A DNA stretch of 7,784 nt. Source: a virus. Its lineage: Monodnaviria; Loebvirae; Hofneiviricota; Faserviricetes; Tubulavirales; Inoviridae. Of this stretch, positions 1-7,784 are shown in pieces. The first letter of the stretch is position 1. Each line of letters starts with the position of its first letter. The DNA lies in IMG/VR virus record IMGVR_UViG_2648501498_000001, one strand, 5' to 3'. The notes beneath the pieces are model-generated. The model worked only from the letters and a program-made list of their open reading frames with translations, did not search any database and was not told the origin of the DNA. The position numbers were made by a program, and so were the translations under genes.

Positions 1-33
1 GTGCGCATAATGTGACACGCGTTATGTTGAAAA
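1..33 (+). other. dif-like Xer recombination site (site 1); window begins inside it
   Basis: Sequence GTGCGCATAA-TGTGACACGCG-TTATGTTGAAA. As I recall it, E. coli dif is GGTGCGCATAA-TGTATA-TTATGTTAAAT. The XerC-arm-like and XerD-arm-like blocks are conserved, but the central region is 11 nt instead of 6. Confidence 0.5.
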
Positions 34-64
34 GGCCGCTGCGATACTTTCCACCGCAGCGGCC
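34..64. other. Perfect GC-rich stem-loop between the two dif-like sites
   Basis: GGCCGCTGCG (34-43) pairs perfectly with CGCAGCGGCC (55-64); 11-nt loop 44-54; flanked by AAAA (30-33) and TTTTT (65-69). Could also act as a bidirectional intrinsic terminator. Confidence 0.6.
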
Positions 65-66
65 TT

Positions 67-92
67 TTTATACATAACGCCATTGTGCGCAC
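67..92 (-). other. dif-like Xer recombination site (site 2), inverted relative to site 1
   Basis: Reverse complement of 67-92 is GTGCGCACAA-TGGCG-TTATGTATAAA: the same XerC-like arm (one mismatch) and TTATGT XerD-like arm, with a 5-nt central region. In single-stranded form 1-33 can pair with 67-92, giving matched arms and an unpaired central bulge. Confidence 0.45.
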
Positions 93-102
93 TGTTGTGT
101 AT

Positions 103-243
103 TCAGTCGTTGCTTCTGTTGATTTTATTGTGTGCCCTCAGGACGATTGGCAACACTATTGTTATGACGCTGAACAAAAACATGCCGAACAGACTACCGG
201 CAATCAGGTATTTCATTAGTAAATCCAGAATCATGTCGTGCAT
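103..243 (-). CDS. Hypothetical small hydrophobic protein (46 aa), weakly supported
   Basis: Minus-strand ORF read by hand: MHDMILDLLMKYLIAGSLFGMFLFSVITIVLPIVLRAHNKINRSND. One predicted TM-like segment; no convincing Shine-Dalgarno; below the ORF-track size cut-off. Confidence 0.25.
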   Translation of the reverse strand: MHDMILDLLMKYLIAGSLFGMFLFSVITIVLPIVLRAHNKINRSND

Positions 244-365
244 GGTTTTTCTGAGCTGATGTTGTTAATCCTGTCGAGACTCTACATTCCTTTAGCTATT
301 TTTTAAATCGTATTTTCGTATCCGAGACGCCAGCACGCCGATGAAGAAGATAAGGGGAGGAGGAC

Positions 366-396
<31 letters not shown>

Positions 397-476
397 TCGA
401 GGACGGGAGCGCCTGCCGTGACGACGGACGACAATCACGATGATGATGATTCTTGGCGTGTTTGGGCAGGGATAAA

Positions 477-526
477 CCCCCGTCTTGTAACACGGGGGTA
501 GAGTCAACGGAAACTCAAGGGTTTCC
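477..526 (-). terminator. Candidate terminator hairpins downstream of the minus-strand regulator gene
   Basis: Hairpin 1: CCCCCGT (477-483) / ACGGGGG (492-498) with 8-nt loop; on the minus strand it is followed by TTTAT. Hairpin 2: GGAAAC (509-514) / GTTTCC (521-526) with 6-nt loop. They could instead be origin or packaging hairpins. Confidence 0.35.
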
Positions 527-584
527 AGTTAAACCGTATCCTTTCGATCCTTCGCGGGTAGTCTGCTGAATGCAGGAAAAGGGA

Positions 585-797
585 TCACATTGCCTTTTTT
601 TTCTTAAGTTCTTCTTTGCTTATTAGATCTTTCACCGCATCATCTAAGTAGTTGTCTATTAAGTGGTTTACTATCTCTGATGGTTTTAGTAGCTCACCTG
701 TTTTATTACCGATTTCCAGCACTCTTCGTTTTAGCTCCAGTTTTCTGTTTTCGTTAATCCTTACGGTTGTGTCTCCGCGCTTTGTTTCTTTTTTCAT
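585..797 (-). CDS. Small basic DNA-binding-like protein, candidate phage transcriptional regulator/repressor (about 70 aa)
   Basis: Divergent from the rep operon, as rstR is from rstA in CTXphi. Sequence MKKETKRGDTTVRINENRKLELKRRVLEIGNKTGELLKPSEIVNHLIDNYL... fits a beta-strand then two helices (ribbon-helix-helix-like), with a lysine-rich tail. The track ORF starts at a TTG (798-800); the adjacent ATG (795-797) has GAGGT about 9 nt upstream on the minus strand. Confidence 0.55.
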   Translation of the reverse strand: MKKETKRGDTTVRINENRKLELKRRVLEIGNKTGELLKPSEIVNHLIDNYLDDAVKDLISKEELKKKKAM

Positions 798-850
798 CAA
801 AATTTACCTCTATGTCCTTTCAATAGAAGGTGATTATTCCATTTTTTTTA

Positions 851-2673
<1,823 letters not shown>

Positions 2674-2677
2674 TTTT

Positions 2678-2851
2678 ATGTCTGTTAATTCGGATTCAGT
2701 TTCCACGCAAATTAATGCTATTTGCGTGGGGATACCTGATGTGTCGGGGATTTATTCCTCGGCGTTTTTAACGGGATTTTCACTGCCAGTATTTTGTTTT
2801 TTTCTTGGCATGATTATTTCCACAATTTGGAGTTTAATAAGAAGGCTTTAA
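2678..2851 (+). CDS. Small hydrophobic protein (57 aa), candidate minor coat protein (gpVII/gpIX-like)
   Basis: Hand-read ORF MSVNSDSVSTQINAICVGIPDVSGIYSSAFLTGFSLPVFCFFLGMIISTIWSLIRRL. C-terminal TM-like segment with basic tail; starts 5 nt after the previous stop and ends 2 nt before the coat gene ATG. Weak RBS. Confidence 0.4.
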   Translation: MSVNSDSVSTQINAICVGIPDVSGIYSSAFLTGFSLPVFCFFLGMIISTIWSLIRRL

Positions 2852-2853
2852 TT

Positions 2854-3102
2854 ATGTTTGCAAAAATGACCAATTTTTTTAAGGGTGTTGATAAGAAAGT
2901 TGCAGCTTTATCTTTTTCCGCTGCTTCTGCTCTTGCTGTATCTCCGTCTTTTGCTGGTACAGTCGATTTTTCATCATTGACTAACAGCATTGATATGTCT
3001 TCTGTTTCTGCTGTTATTCTTTCTATCGGTGTTGCAGGAGTTACAGTTTATCTGACTTTTGCTGGCGTTCGTAAAGTATGGGGAGCCATCAGAAGTATCT
3101 GA
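2854..3102 (+). CDS. Major coat protein (gpVIII-like) precursor
   Basis: 82 aa from the ATG at 2854 (AAGAAGG upstream). Signal peptide ending SFA|GT, then a mature peptide of about 49 aa with a hydrophobic core and basic C-terminus (VRKVWGAIRSI). Followed by a strong intrinsic terminator, as for Ff gene VIII. Confidence 0.75.
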   Translation: MFAKMTNFFKGVDKKVAALSFSAASALAVSPSFAGTVDFSSLTNSIDMSSVSAVILSIGVAGVTVYLTFAGVRKVWGAIRSI

Positions 3103-3118
3103 GTTGTTTTTTATGAGG

Positions 3119-3145
3119 AAGGGCGGATATTCCGCCCTTTTTTTG
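3119..3145 (+). terminator. Rho-independent terminator after the major coat gene
   Basis: AAGGGCGGA (3119-3127) pairs with TCCGCCCTT (3131-3139); 3-nt loop; run of 7 T (3138-3144). Confidence 0.8.
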
Positions 3146-3236
3146 GATATTTATGTTTGATTTTATTTTTATGATGTTTGGTTCCCTTTGTGGGTTATGT
3201 TGCGTCATTGGGTTTAAATCTAATTTGTGAGGTTTT

Positions 3237-3407
3237 ATGTCTACTCAAGAATTTAAAGTTAAATTGCCGGAATACACTATCGAGCAGATAGAAAGAATTA
3301 TTTACAATAAAAATACAACCATTGAAGAATATGCTGTTTCAGTTATTCTTGAAAAAGCCGATCAGGATTTCCGTCGAATTGTAAAACCATTTAGTTTTTA
3401 CTGGTGA
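3237..3407 (+). CDS. Hypothetical hydrophilic protein (56 aa), orphan ORF between coat terminator and pIII gene
   Basis: Hand-read ORF MSTQEFKVKLPEYTIEQIERIIYNKNTTIEEYAVSVILEKADQDFRRIVKPFSFYW. GAGG 6 nt upstream of the ATG; stop TGA 3405-3407 lies 4 nt before the pIII ATG. No TM segment, so unlikely to be a coat protein. Confidence 0.5.
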   Translation: MSTQEFKVKLPEYTIEQIERIIYNKNTTIEEYAVSVILEKADQDFRRIVKPFSFYW

Positions 3408-3411
3408 TGAA

Positions 3412-4893
<1,482 letters not shown>

Positions 4894-4907
4894 TAATCAG
4901 GTGGTGA

Positions 4908-5198
<291 letters not shown>

Positions 5199-5209
5199 GA
5201 GGGTGATTT

Positions 5210-7523
<2,314 letters not shown>

Positions 7524-7524
<1 letters not shown>

Positions 7525-7640
7525 TGCCGCAACGCGGCATGTAAGGCGGCATGATGATGTTTCATGTGATGCAGCTGCCTGACCGCCGAAGCCAGGGAGA
7601 AATTACAGAGCAGCAGGAGACAGCGCAACGCGCTTCCTGC
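7524..7640. other. Non-coding region with two hairpins sharing a CGCAACGCG core
   Basis: Hairpin A: ATGCCGC (7524-7530) / GCGGCAT (7534-7540), loop AAC. Hairpin B: GCAGG (7613-7617) ... AGCGC (7622-7626) AAC GCGCT (7630-7634) ... CCTGC (7636-7640). Neither has a T-run. No ORF in 7525-7784. Confidence 0.4.
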
Positions 7641-7784
7641 CAGGCCGCTTTTAAAGGGCAGCTATCGAGACGAACGACGCAAGGCGTGAGTCGTCCATGC
7701 ATTGATGTGGCCAGTTGATGAAATTGATGGGTTACAGCAATTCTGGTGATGACTGGCCTTCGGTTTTCATCAGTCCTGATAACA

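Noticed and set aside
470-530. tRNA-like impression from GGGGGTAGAGTC...GGGTTTCC
   Set aside because: No cloverleaf can be built (no acceptor stem, no GTTC T-loop consensus). Better explained as two independent hairpins.
2794-2853. Upstream extension of the coat ORF (track start 2794)
   Set aside because: It overlaps the preceding small hydrophobic ORF in another frame and lacks an RBS; the ATG at 2854 has AAGAAGG upstream and yields a typical signal peptide.

Overview
The window reads as an essentially complete filamentous phage (Inovirus-like) genome or prophage of about 7.8 kb, with the canonical Ff/CTXphi-style gene order, almost all on the + strand. A small regulator on the minus strand (585..797) is divergent from a + strand operon: a small acidic ORF, a rolling-circle replication initiator (1132..2328), a gpV-position protein, a small hydrophobic protein, a signal-peptide major coat protein (2854..3102) with a strong intrinsic terminator, an orphan 56-aa ORF, a pIII-like adsorption protein carrying a (Gly-Thr)n linker (3412..4893), a pVI-like membrane protein, a Zot/pI-like P-loop assembly ATPase (5210..6268) and a pIV-like secretin (6265..7524). 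Most gene junctions are tightly packed or overlapping (TAATG, ATGA). The most interesting non-coding signal is at the 5' end: two inverted dif-like XerC/XerD-type sites (1..33 and 67..92) flank a perfect GC-rich hairpin, which is the architecture of a CTXphi-type folded single-stranded attP. Other points worth a second look are repeated CGCATGCG palindromes between the divergent genes, a GC-rich purine-skewed island (about 330..470), an 18-bp tandem repeat inside the pIII gene, and repeated CGCAACGCG hairpins in the 3' non-coding region. I see no rRNA, tRNA or CRISPR array. All assignments come from reading the sequence and the translations; no database search was possible, so functions are inferred from gene order, size, signal peptides, hydrophobicity and short motifs, and I found nothing that clearly represents a new system beyond the phage itself.
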